DNA of 64,000 nucleotides from Sedimentisphaerales bacterium (lineage in GTDB: Bacteria; Planctomycetota; Phycisphaerae; Sedimentisphaerales; SM23-30). Positions 44,072 to 53,421 of this stretch are shown in pieces (position 1 is the stretch's first letter; each line of letters starts with the position of its first letter). Below the pieces are notes generated by a model. That model searched no databases, had not been told where the DNA came from, and was given only the letters and a program-made list of their open reading frames with translations. Location: contig JAFGSR010000181.1 of NCBI GenBank assembly GCA_016934515.1, positions 3,554 to 67,553 of the forward strand, read 5' to 3'. The position numbers were made by a program, and so were the translations under genes.

Positions 44072-46045
44072 ATGCAGGACAATTTAAATCATATCGATTA
44101 CACCGTTATTATTATTTATTTTGGTTTTCTGGTGTTTTTGGGGCTGTATCTCAAGAAAAAAGCGTCGGCTTCACTGGAGGATTATTTTCTGGGGGGACGG
44201 AAGTTGCCATGGTGGGCGTTGGGAGTTTCGGGAATGGCATCGTTTCTGGATATTACCGGGACAATGGTGATTGTGTCGTTTTTATATATGCTGGGGCCGC
44301 GGGGATTGTTTGTGGAATTGCGGGGCGGAGTTTGCATTGTGCTGGTGTTTTTGATGTTGTGGGTGGGAAAGTGGCACCGGCGTTCGGGCTGCATAACCGG
44401 AGCGGAGTGGATGGTGTACCGGTTTGGTGAGGGGGCCGGCGGTCAGTTTGCCCGGATAGTCCAGTCAGTGGCGGTTATAGCTACAACGGTGGGGATGCTG
44501 GCTTATCTATCCAAGGGGGTGGGTTTGTTTTTATCGACGTTTATACCGCTGGAGCCGATTTACTGCACGTTGATTTTGTTGGCAGTGGCAACAATCTATA
44601 CGATGGTTAGCGGATTTTATGGCGTGGTCTTTACGGACCTGTTTCAATCGGGAATTATTCTGATTGCGGTTTTTACGATTTCTATAATGGCGTTTGTGAA
44701 GATTTCCGATGTAGCGAGTTTTGCCGGGGTGGCAGAGCAGGTTACCGGTTCGAGGGAATGGATGAGTTGTTATCCGCAATGGAAAACCACGATGCCGGTG
44801 GGTAGGGAATATGAACCATTTAAGTATTTGTTTCTGGTAGGATTTTTCTACCTGGTGCGGAATATATTCGGCGGCATGGGTGACGGCTTCGATCCGAAAT
44901 ATTTTGGTGCCCGATCGGATAGAGAATGCGGCAAGTTGACGTTTCTATGGACCTGGTTGATGATGTTCCGCTGGCCGATGATGATGGGATTTGCGGTGCT
45001 GGGAATTTATCTGGTAAACGAGCATTTTCCGGACATGACGGTGCTGGCCCAGGCGAGTGATTTAATTAAGGATTATTTTCCGGGTATTGATAAGTCCCGC
45101 TGGGCAGATACTCTTAGCAGTATTCGTTTGCATTCTGAGCCCGCCGAACTGGTTGTCGGGCTGCAGAATATTCTGGGCGAAAACTGGGCGACGAAGCTGA
45201 ATCTTTTGGGATTCGAAGGTAACATTAATCCGGAGAAAATCCTACCGGCGGTAATTCTTTTTAATATCAGGCCGGGTTTTCGGGGACTGATACTGGTGGC
45301 GTTACTGGCGGCGTCGATGTCCACTTTTGATTCCACTGTCAACAAAACAGCTGGGTATTTTACCCGGGACCTTTATCAGCGTTATTTCCGGCGGCGGGCA
45401 TCGAACCGGGAATTGATCTATGCCAGTTGGTTTTTTATCGTGGTGCTGGTGGGACTGGGTTTTGCGTTAGCTTATATTACCGAGAGTATCAACGAAATCT
45501 GGGACTGGCTGGTAATGGGATTGGGGGGCGGTTTACTGATTCCCATAGTAATTCGTCTGTACTGGTGGCGTTTCAATGGCGGCGGATTTGCGATTGGCAC
45601 CGTTGTGGGGCTGTTGGCGGCGGTAGCTCAAAAGGCGTTCTGGCCAATGCTGGTTGCGAATTACGGCTGGCCTGAATTAGCCGGCTGGCAAATGTTCTTA
45701 ATAATGGCTTCTATTGGTTTGGCGGCTTCGGTATTGGGGACCTATCTGACCCGGCCGACAGACAGAAAAGTTCTGGAGAATTTTTACCGTTCGACGCGAC
45801 CGTTTGGTTTATGGGGACCCTTAAGGAAGTTATTGCCGATTGAGCAGCAAATAAAGGTAAGGCAGGAGAATCGTAATGATCTGCTGGCGGTCCCTTTTAC
45901 TTTGGCATGGCAGATAAGTCTGTTTCTGCTACCGATGGAGTTGGTCATTCATAATTACCGGGCGTTCTGGATAACGCTGCCGATTTTCCTGGTGGGTCTG
46001 ACGGGATTGTATTTCCTGTGGTATAAGAACCTCCCGGAAGATTGA
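44072..46045 (+). CDS. Sodium:solute symporter (SSS) family transporter
   Basis: The ORF track starts at 44051; the ATG at 44072 follows AGGAAAAG. The protein has more than 12 hydrophobic helices. The N-terminus YFLGGRKLPWWALGVSGMASFLD is typical of the SSS family. Confidence 0.8.
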   Translation: MQDNLNHIDYTVIIIYFGFLVFLGLYLKKKASASLEDYFLGGRKLPWWALGVSGMASFLDITGTMVIVSFLYMLGPRGLFVELRGGVCIVLVFLMLWVGKWHRRSGCITGAEWMVYRFGEGAGGQFARIVQSVAVIATTVGMLAYLSKGVGLFLSTFIPLEPIYCTLILLAVATIYTMVSGFYGVVFTDLFQSGIILIAVFTISIMAFVKISDVASFAGVAEQVTGSREWMSCYPQWKTTMPVGREYEPFKYLFLVGFFYLVRNIFGGMGDGFDPKYFGARSDRECGKLTFLWTWLMMFRWPMMMGFAVLGIYLVNEHFPDMTVLAQASDLIKDYFPGIDKSRWADTLSSIRLHSEPAELVVGLQNILGENWATKLNLLGFEGNINPEKILPAVILFNIRPGFRGLILVALLAASMSTFDSTVNKTAGYFTRDLYQRYFRRRASNRELIYASWFFIVVLVGLGFALAYITESINEIWDWLVMGLGGGLLIPIVIRLYWWRFNGGGFAIGTVVGLLAAVAQKAFWPMLVANYGWPELAGWQMFLIMASIGLAASVLGTYLTRPTDRKVLENFYRSTRPFGLWGPLRKLLPIEQQIKVRQENRNDLLAVPFTLAWQISLFLLPMELVIHNYRAFWITLPIFLVGLTGLYFLWYKNLPED

Positions 46046-46118
46046 GCACGATTATTAATGACGAATGTTAACCACGAGTAAAACGTATGGTACAGGTTTA
46101 AGCTGAAGAGGTTGAATT

Positions 46119-47510
46119 ATGGCTAAGAAAAGCTGGCAAAGTCGCATGAGCGGTGCGGTTGATGAGTTAGCGGTGAATTTTGTGGAATCGATCAGCGTGG
46201 ACTGGCGGTTATACAAGTATGATATTGTGGGCAGTATCGCTCATGCTCAGATGCTCAGCGAACAGGGACTTATCAGTAAGGATGAGTTTCGGCAGATCAA
46301 GCAGGGGCTGACGGAGATAGCTGAGCAGATTGAGGCGGGCAAGTTCAAGTTTGATAAGTCGCAGGAAGACATTCACATGGTGATAGAGGCGGCGTTAACC
46401 AAAAATATTGGTGAAGCAGCCCGGAAACTGCACACCGGTCGCAGCCGCAACGATCAGGTGGCTTTGGATATGCGGCTGTGGCTGCGGGATTGCACCGAGA
46501 CAATCATTGAGCGAATAATGAAGCTGCAAGAGGCGCTAGTGAAGCTGGCGCAAAAGCAGGGACAGGTGGTGATGCCGGGCTATACGCATTTGCAGCGGGC
46601 TCAACCGGTGTTGTCGGGTCATTATCTGTTGGCATTTGCGGAACAATTACAGCGGGACCGGCAGCGATTTTCCGATGCGCTTAAGCGGATTAATGTGTGT
46701 CCGCTGGGCAGCGGTGCTCTGGCGGGCAGCAGTCTGCCGTTGAATCGACGGCGGGTGATGGAGTTGCTGGGTTTTGCTGAAATTACCCGCAACAGTATTG
46801 ACGGGATAAGTGATCGGGATTTTTGTGCGGAGTTTGTCTTTACCGCGGCTTTGACAGCTATACACCTGTCGCGCCTGGCGGAAGACTGGATTATTTATTC
46901 CACGCAGGAGTTCGGATTTATTCGGATTGGCGACGCCTATTGCACCGGCAGCAGCATGATGCCGCAAAAGCGCAATCCCGACATGTTGGAATTGATACGC
47001 GGCAAGAGTGGACAGTTGCACGGTAATTTAACTGCTCTGCTAACGATGCTCAAGGGACAACCGCTGGCATACAACCGAGATATGCAGGAGGATAAAAAGC
47101 AGGTTTTCGACGCGGCGGATACGCTGGAAGCAACGCTGGCGATGGCGGCGGCGATTGTGGCAAACACCAGATTCAATCCGGACAAAATTCAGGCGGGCCT
47201 GGATGAAGGATTCCTGGACGCTACGGCACTGGCGGAATATCTGGTGCGAAAAGGGGTACCGTTCCGTCAGGCTCATCAGATTGTGGGGGAACTGGTGGCA
47301 CAGTGTGAAGCGGAAGGGAAATCACTGGCCCAAAAACCGTTGGATGAACTGCAAAAGGCTTGCGATAAGATCGAGGCGGATGTGTACGAAAATCTGACTG
47401 CTGAGAATGTGGTGGCTGGCTACGCGGTCGAAGGTTCGGCGGGTAAACAGCAGTTGCAGGAGCAATTGGATTTCTGGCAGGAGCATCTCAAGCGAACGGT
47501 GGAGAAGTAG
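46119..47510 (+). CDS. argH: Argininosuccinate lyase
   Basis: 463-aa ORF with the blocks LHTGRSRNDQV, GYTHLQRAQP and the signature GSSMMPQKRNPD. Confidence 0.92.
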   Translation: MAKKSWQSRMSGAVDELAVNFVESISVDWRLYKYDIVGSIAHAQMLSEQGLISKDEFRQIKQGLTEIAEQIEAGKFKFDKSQEDIHMVIEAALTKNIGEAARKLHTGRSRNDQVALDMRLWLRDCTETIIERIMKLQEALVKLAQKQGQVVMPGYTHLQRAQPVLSGHYLLAFAEQLQRDRQRFSDALKRINVCPLGSGALAGSSLPLNRRRVMELLGFAEITRNSIDGISDRDFCAEFVFTAALTAIHLSRLAEDWIIYSTQEFGFIRIGDAYCTGSSMMPQKRNPDMLELIRGKSGQLHGNLTALLTMLKGQPLAYNRDMQEDKKQVFDAADTLEATLAMAAAIVANTRFNPDKIQAGLDEGFLDATALAEYLVRKGVPFRQAHQIVGELVAQCEAEGKSLAQKPLDELQKACDKIEADVYENLTAENVVAGYAVEGSAGKQQLQEQLDFWQEHLKRTVEK

Positions 47511-47529
47511 CTGATTCCTCGCTGATAAT

Positions 47530-48018
47530 TCACCGCCGTCGATGCATAGCCTGGCGGATGTCGCGTTGGACCTGGCGGTCTTTGATTTTGTCGCGTTTGT
47601 CGCCATGGGTTTTGCCCTGGGCGATGGCGATTTCCACTTTGGCCAGGCCACGGGTAAAATAAATCCGCAAGGGAACCAGGGTGAGGCCTTTCTGGACGAC
47701 TTTACTTTGCAGTTTTTTGATTTCGCGGCGATGGGCCAAAAGTTTGCGGGTTCGGGTGGGTTCATGATTAACAAGATTGCCGTGTTCGTAAAGGGAAATG
47801 GTGCAGCCAACGAGGAAAAGTTCACCGTCGTTAACGCGACAATAAGCCTCTTCCAGATTGGCCCGCCCCTGGCGAAGGCTTTTGACCTCGGTACCGGTCA
47901 GGGCAATTCCGGTTTCCAGCTTTTGCAGAAGATGATAATTGAAGCGGGCCTTTTTGTTTTTGATGGTGGGGCTGTATTTATCGGAACTATTAGGGTTTTT
48001 ATCGGTCTTTTTACTCAT
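47530..48018 (-). CDS. smpB: SsrA-binding protein
   Basis: 162-aa ORF containing NKKARFNYHLLQKLETGIALTGTEVKSLR...RTRKLLAHRREI...GKTHGDKRDKIKDR. Confidence 0.92.
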   Translation of the reverse strand: MSKKTDKNPNSSDKYSPTIKNKKARFNYHLLQKLETGIALTGTEVKSLRQGRANLEEAYCRVNDGELFLVGCTISLYEHGNLVNHEPTRTRKLLAHRREIKKLQSKVVQKGLTLVPLRIYFTRGLAKVEIAIAQGKTHGDKRDKIKDRQVQRDIRQAMHRRR

Positions 48019-48388
48019 TGCTTATATTTGCTTTGTGTGGTTTTATTCCAGGCGATTACCGATCTGTCCGGTTTGTATCTGTTCTTCGTTTTTTTGGTAG
48101 GCGATTCTATTTTTTCACGTTTTGCTTCGGCAAACATTCGGCTATCAGGCAAAACCTGAATAACATACTAGCATATCCCTGACGATTTTGCAATGGCATG
48201 TCCGATTGATGGTGTAATCAGGTCTGATAACCGTTACAAGACGTTTTCCAGTATTGATAAGACAAAATATCTTTAAAAATTAATGTTTTTTTGGCCGATG
48301 CTTTGGCCCATTCACTGTTTAGAGGTTATACTAATAATACCATGATAAGATTCTTACAGGGAAAGAGGGAAAACGGAGGATAGCCAGA

Positions 48389-50176
48389 TTGCACCATAGT
48401 AAAACCATCGTACATATCACCCATGAAACAACTCACAAAATTGGGGGAATCGGCGCTGTTCTTGAAGGTCTGTTGACTGCGGAAAGTTATCGGAACGAAG
48501 TCGGTCGGTCCGTTTTGTTGGGGCCTTTGTTTAAGGGGCAACACGTTGCAGAACAACGACTCGGTCCGGACGGTCAGGTTTTGTATTCGTCTCTTGACGG
48601 GATAACGGATCATCCCTACAAGTTAGTGTTTAAGGATGTCGAACGGAAATTCGGGGTATCGGTTGTTTACGGATATCGGACTTTTTATCAGCCGGGCGGG
48701 AGTAATGCTGTAGATGTTGAGGTTATTCTGATTGATACAGATGAGGTGAACCCCAACCCGGTCAATGCCTTGAAGGCCTGGTTGTTCGATGATTTTGGGA
48801 TTGAGAGTCTGGGCTTCGAAAGTGATCCGGAATACGATCAGTATGTAAAGCTGGCACCGGCGGCGCTAGCGTTGCTGCGCGGGATTAATGTCTCGGATCC
48901 GAATCAACCGGCGGTTTTGATATCTCACGAATACATGGGAATGCCAACAATCCTGGCGGCGATACTGGATCCGCTGGGTACGTTTAAGACGATGTATTAC
49001 GCTCATGAAGTGCCGTCGGTTCGCAGGATTATTGAAAATCATCCGGGGCATGACACTATGTTTTACAACACGCTGAGGTGGACTAATAAGCGGCAATATT
49101 ATCTTGCTGACATTTTTGGTCCTCAGGATTCCTCGTTCCGACATGCCTTGACATGTGCCTCACGTTATTGCGATAATATTGTTGCGGTGGGTGATCAGGT
49201 TAAGAATGAGTTGCGTTTTCTGAGCCTGGACTTCAATCATGTTTCCATCGACTTGGCTTATAACGGTATTGAGACTCAGGAAATATCTCTGGAAAGCAAG
49301 TTGGCTTCTAAGAACAAACTGCAGCAATACGCGCAAAATCTGCTGGGATATCGGCCGGATTATATTTTTACTCATGTTGCCCGAACAACGATCAGTAAGG
49401 GTTTCTGGCGTGATTTTCGGGTACTGGAACATTTAGATAAGCAGTTTCAAAAAGATAACCAAACCGGAATACTTTTCTTGTTGAGTACAGATGCCTCGGC
49501 ACGCAGCCCGGAAGAAATTCGCGAGATGGAAACCGCCTGGGATTGGCCCGTCGCGCACAAGCAGGGTTATCCCGATTTGTGCGGGGCGGAGATTGATTTT
49601 TATCCGGCGTTGCAAAGCTTTAATGCACGAAGTCACAATATCAAGGCGGTTTTGGTAAATCAATTTGGTTGGGACAGCAGGATTTGTGGTTCGCGAATGC
49701 CGAGGGAGATGACTTTCAAGGATTTACGTGAAGGTTGTGATGTTGAGTTCGGCCAGAGTGCTTACGAACCTTTTGGGATCGCTCAACTGGAGCCGCTCGG
49801 TTATGGGGCAATTTGTGTGACAAGCAATGTTTGTGGCTGTTGCGGATTTGTCGAGCAGCTTTGCGATGAGGAACTGCCCGCCAATATCGTCAAAGCTGAT
49901 TATGTACAGGCTGATCTTAACTGGTCTAAAATAGATATTCAGAATCTTTTATCGATTAACCAGCAATTCCGCGATCGAATCGAAATGGCGGTTAGTGCGG
50001 AAGTTGCTCATGATATTCTACAGCGGCTGCCGAAGAATGACGACCAGGCTGAAGCATTGATACGTAGCGGCTACGAAATTGCCCACCAGATGACCTGGGA
50101 AAAGGTCAGCAAAAGCTATTTCCTGCCGGCTCTGGACCGGGCTTATCGAAGATTTCGTACTCGCCAGATTGCCTGA
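48389..50176 (+). CDS. Glycogen/starch-synthase-like glycosyltransferase
   Basis: 595-aa ORF with a TTG start and a GGAGG 9 nt upstream. The N-terminus HITHETTHKIGGIGAVLEGL resembles the K-x-GG-(I/L) donor-binding loop of glycogen synthases. The C-terminal E-x7-E-like region is SAYEPFGIAQLEPLGYG. Confidence 0.65.
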   Translation: MHHSKTIVHITHETTHKIGGIGAVLEGLLTAESYRNEVGRSVLLGPLFKGQHVAEQRLGPDGQVLYSSLDGITDHPYKLVFKDVERKFGVSVVYGYRTFYQPGGSNAVDVEVILIDTDEVNPNPVNALKAWLFDDFGIESLGFESDPEYDQYVKLAPAALALLRGINVSDPNQPAVLISHEYMGMPTILAAILDPLGTFKTMYYAHEVPSVRRIIENHPGHDTMFYNTLRWTNKRQYYLADIFGPQDSSFRHALTCASRYCDNIVAVGDQVKNELRFLSLDFNHVSIDLAYNGIETQEISLESKLASKNKLQQYAQNLLGYRPDYIFTHVARTTISKGFWRDFRVLEHLDKQFQKDNQTGILFLLSTDASARSPEEIREMETAWDWPVAHKQGYPDLCGAEIDFYPALQSFNARSHNIKAVLVNQFGWDSRICGSRMPREMTFKDLREGCDVEFGQSAYEPFGIAQLEPLGYGAICVTSNVCGCCGFVEQLCDEELPANIVKADYVQADLNWSKIDIQNLLSINQQFRDRIEMAVSAEVAHDILQRLPKNDDQAEALIRSGYEIAHQMTWEKVSKSYFLPALDRAYRRFRTRQIA

Positions 50177-50348
50177 TTCGAAGCAGTTGAAAAGTGCCCG
50201 GTTGATTTTCATGACTACGCCGGCAAAATTGTTGCATCGGCAGGTTTTTGGGAGAGGGGAGTTCTAGCCCACTTTCCGGGGAAGCAATGTTTTTTGGGCT
50301 GAATATTTTCAGCTTTTCAAATCTCAGGATTAATCTATAATCGGATTC

Positions 50349-51371
50349 ATGTCTGAATATCGATATAATCCGATTACCGATCAATGGATAATTCTGGCGG
50401 CAAAGCGTAATGAACGACCTATTGATTTTGCTCGGGCGCACAAAACGGAATCGTCGGATTTTGATCGGGGCTGCCCTTTTTGTCCCGGCAACGAGGCTTT
50501 GACACCACCGGAAACTTTTGCTGTTCGACCGGCCGATTTGTCCGCGGACGGGGCCGGGTGGTCTGTTCGAGTGGTGCCGAATAAATACGCGGCCTTGAGC
50601 GGCTTATTGGTTAATGAAGGCCAGGAAGCTGAAAACGGTATCGGGCCATGGAAAAACAAAGTCGGTCTGGGATTCCATGAAGTGATAATCGAATCGACTT
50701 CGCACAACCGCTCTTTCGGATATCATGACGATGAACAGGCTAGGAATATTTGCCGGTCACTTCGGCAACGTTACCAGCACTTTGCGGCTGACCAACAGAT
50801 AAAGTTAATTTCAATTTTCTGCAACCACGGAAGTTCTTCGGGAGCATCACTGGCCCATCCGCATTTTCAGCTTCTGGCCCAATCGGTCGTCCCGCCCCGA
50901 CTGATCAGGCAACTGCAACACTGCCGTGATTACTATCGAAAAAATAAGTCTTCAGTTTTCGATAATGTCATCCGTACAGAATTACCGGATGGACAGAGAG
51001 TGCTGTTAGCTAACGATCATTTCGTGGTGCTGTGTCCCTATGCTTCTATATGTCCGTTTGAGATTTATCTGCTGCCCCGGTTTGAACAGCAGCATTTTGG
51101 CGAACTCGATAACGAACTTCTGGAAAACTTTTCACAAATTCTACAGCAGGCCATCAGAACCCTGGATAACTCGCTGAATTACCCGGATTACAATCTGGCT
51201 TTTCATACCGCTACGCTAAATTCAGATGATAATCATCCTGTGGGATTTCGTTGGTATATACAAATCTGCCCCAGGCTGCACAACACGGGCGGATTTGAGC
51301 TGGCAACCGATGTTTATATTAACACGGTAAAACCCGAATCAGCTGCGGCTATTTATCGCAAAAATATCTAA
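50349..51371 (+). CDS. galT: GalT-family (HIT-superfamily) hexose-1-phosphate nucleotidyltransferase / nucleotide-sugar phosphorylase
   Basis: 340-aa ORF with the zinc motif CPFCPGNE and the active-site sequence HPHFQL (H-x-H-x-Q). Confidence 0.7.
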   Translation: MSEYRYNPITDQWIILAAKRNERPIDFARAHKTESSDFDRGCPFCPGNEALTPPETFAVRPADLSADGAGWSVRVVPNKYAALSGLLVNEGQEAENGIGPWKNKVGLGFHEVIIESTSHNRSFGYHDDEQARNICRSLRQRYQHFAADQQIKLISIFCNHGSSSGASLAHPHFQLLAQSVVPPRLIRQLQHCRDYYRKNKSSVFDNVIRTELPDGQRVLLANDHFVVLCPYASICPFEIYLLPRFEQQHFGELDNELLENFSQILQQAIRTLDNSLNYPDYNLAFHTATLNSDDNHPVGFRWYIQICPRLHNTGGFELATDVYINTVKPESAAAIYRKNI

Positions 51372-51471
51372 GAAAAACTGACCGGGAACCGGTTTAGCAA
51401 AGTCATCGAAATACCGCAAAAAAGCCCGAAAAAACACTTTGGCAGGCCTTGAAAAATTGGCTTTTACCCGC

Positions 51472-51507
51472 TTGACCTACTATTCCAATGGGATATAATA
51501 GATATCC
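51472..51507 (+). promoter_or_regulatory. Near-consensus sigma-70 promoter with an overlapping palindrome (candidate Rrf2 operator)
   Basis: TTGACC (51472-51477), a 16-nt spacer, then TATAAT (51494-51499). The palindrome GGATAT-AATAG-ATATCC overlaps the -10 element. It lies 42 nt upstream of the Rrf2 ATG. Confidence 0.45.
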
Positions 51508-51548
51508 AGTACGGAATCACGCGATAACCAAGAGAGGAGTTATTGTAA

Positions 51549-52010
51549 ATGAAGCTATCAACGAGAGTTAGGTATGGCGTTCGTGCTATGGTGGAATTGG
51601 CAAAACAGCCCGATAACAATCCGATTCCCCTACGGCTTTTGGCAGATAACCAGCAAATTTCACCAAAATATCTGGAGCAAATGGCTTCCTCTCTCAAGAT
51701 AGCAGGTTTACTGGAAAGTATCAGAGGCGCCGATGGTGGATATCGGTTAGCCAAACCGGCCGAGAAGATTACCGTCTGGGATATTTATAAGGTTCTCGAT
51801 ATTTCAGTTCAGCCGGCGGATTGTTTTGGAGCAAGTTGTTCCCGTGCGAAATTATGTTCCGTCCAAAAATTATGGATGGAATTGGCTGATTCTATTGCTG
51901 TTATTTTGAAATCATATAATTTGAAGGATTTGGCGCAACGCGAGGTAAAAATGCAATCGAAAACGCATCCAAGCCGGGTGGGTGGTCGTTGTGCAAGAAA
52001 GATCAAATAA
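51549..52010 (+). CDS. Rrf2-family transcriptional regulator (IscR/CymR-like)
   Basis: 153-aa ORF. The N-terminal wHTH reads MKLSTRVRYGVRAMVELA...ISPKYLEQMASSLKIAGLLESIRGADGGYRLAKP. Cysteines at ...ADCFGASCSRAKLCS could ligate an Fe-S cluster. Confidence 0.85.
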   Translation: MKLSTRVRYGVRAMVELAKQPDNNPIPLRLLADNQQISPKYLEQMASSLKIAGLLESIRGADGGYRLAKPAEKITVWDIYKVLDISVQPADCFGASCSRAKLCSVQKLWMELADSIAVILKSYNLKDLAQREVKMQSKTHPSRVGGRCARKIK

Positions 52011-52032
52011 TCAATCCAACAAGGTAAACAAA

Positions 52033-53340
52033 ATGAAGGAAGATTTAAATAAAAAACCCGGATTGAATACTTTGTCGATTCATGCCGGTCAACAGGCTGA
52101 TTCAGTTACCGGTGCCCGTGCAGTACCAATATATCAAACCACCAGTTACCTGTTTAATAGCACCGAACATGCCGCTAATCTGTTTGATCTGAAAGAATTC
52201 GGCAATATTTACACTCGGCTAATGAATCCAACGACCGACGTTTGGGAAAAGCGTCTGGCGGCCTTGGAAAGCGGCAGTGGAGCATTGGGCACTTCCAGCG
52301 GGATGGCGGCAATTTTTCTGGCGATTCACAATATTGCCGGGGTGGGCGATCACATTGTTTCCTCAGCTTCGCTTTATGGCGGGACCGAAACACTGTTTCG
52401 TTATACTCTGCCGCAAATGGGCATTGAAACCACTTTTGTCAACGAACCGGATCCGAAGAAAATTGCCGCAGCCATCAAGAATAACACCAAGGCGATTTAC
52501 ATTGAGACAATTGGTAATCCCCGCTGTGATGTGGCGGATATCGCCGGGATCGCTAAGGTTGCCAACGAAAATGGAGTGCCACTGATTGTGGACAACACCT
52601 TTGCGCCGGTGCTCTGTCGGCCGATCGAACATGGAGCCAACGTGGTTGTCCACTCATGCACTAAGTGGATCGGTGGACACGGAACTTCTATTGGCGGAAT
52701 CATCATCGACGGTGGCAATTTCGACTGGTCCAACGGCCGATTCCCCGGTTTTACCGAGCCGGATGCCAGTTATCATGATTTGAAATACTGGGAAGTTTTC
52801 GGTGATTTCCCGGGAATGGGCAATGTCGCCTTCATTATCAAAGCGCGGGTGCAGGGGATGAGGAATATCGGGCTTTGCCCCAGTCCCTTCAATGCGTTTC
52901 TGTTTTTGCAGGGCCTGGAAACCCTGCCTTTGCGGATTCGCCAACAAAGTGCCAACACTCTGGAATTGGCTAAGCATCTCCAGCAACATAAACTGGTTGA
53001 ATGGGTGCAGTATGCCGGCTTGAATAATCATCAAACTTACGCCAATGCCGAAAAATATCTGGATGGTGGCTTTGGGGCGGTGCTGGGTTTTGGTATCAAA
53101 GGCGGATTTGCTGCCGGCGAAAAGTTTATCAATGCCGTTAAGTTGGCCAGTCACTTAGCTAACGTTGGCGACGCCAAAACGCTGGTGTTGCATCCCGCTT
53201 CGACCAGTCACCGCCAGATGAGTGAACAGGCCCAGCTCGACGCCGGGGTTACTCCTGAATTTGTTCGGGTGTCCGTGGGGCTGGAGGATATTGCCGACAT
53301 AATCGCTGATATTGACCAGGCCTTGGAAAAATCGGTTTGA
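52033..53340 (+). CDS. metY: O-acetylhomoserine sulfhydrylase / PLP-dependent Cys/Met-metabolism enzyme
   Basis: The ORF track starts at 51982, overlapping the Rrf2 gene; the ATG at 52033 is more plausible. Blocks are LSIHAGQQADSVTGARAVPIYQTTSY, YTRLMNPTT and the PLP-Lys context HSCTKWIGGHG. Confidence 0.85.
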   Translation: MKEDLNKKPGLNTLSIHAGQQADSVTGARAVPIYQTTSYLFNSTEHAANLFDLKEFGNIYTRLMNPTTDVWEKRLAALESGSGALGTSSGMAAIFLAIHNIAGVGDHIVSSASLYGGTETLFRYTLPQMGIETTFVNEPDPKKIAAAIKNNTKAIYIETIGNPRCDVADIAGIAKVANENGVPLIVDNTFAPVLCRPIEHGANVVVHSCTKWIGGHGTSIGGIIIDGGNFDWSNGRFPGFTEPDASYHDLKYWEVFGDFPGMGNVAFIIKARVQGMRNIGLCPSPFNAFLFLQGLETLPLRIRQQSANTLELAKHLQQHKLVEWVQYAGLNNHQTYANAEKYLDGGFGAVLGFGIKGGFAAGEKFINAVKLASHLANVGDAKTLVLHPASTSHRQMSEQAQLDAGVTPEFVRVSVGLEDIADIIADIDQALEKSV

Positions 53341-53373
53341 GAATCCAGGCAAAATGCAAAATTAACAAGTTCA

Positions 53374-53407
53374 AAAACCGGGCAGTTAAAGCTGTCCGAT
53401 TTTTTTA
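53374..53407. terminator. Rho-independent terminator between convergent metY and rpoN
   Basis: 7-bp stem CGGGCAG (53379-53385) / CTGTCCG (53392-53398) with one G-U pair. It is followed by ATTTTTTT and preceded by AAAAA. Confidence 0.6.
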
Positions 53408-53421
53408 TAGGAACATCATGA

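Noticed and set aside
48019-48388. tmRNA (ssrA) next to smpB.
   Set aside because: The region lacks a GGGG...tRNA-like acceptor/T-arm pairing, a resume-codon/tag ORF, and a CCA-proximal TPsiC-like sequence.
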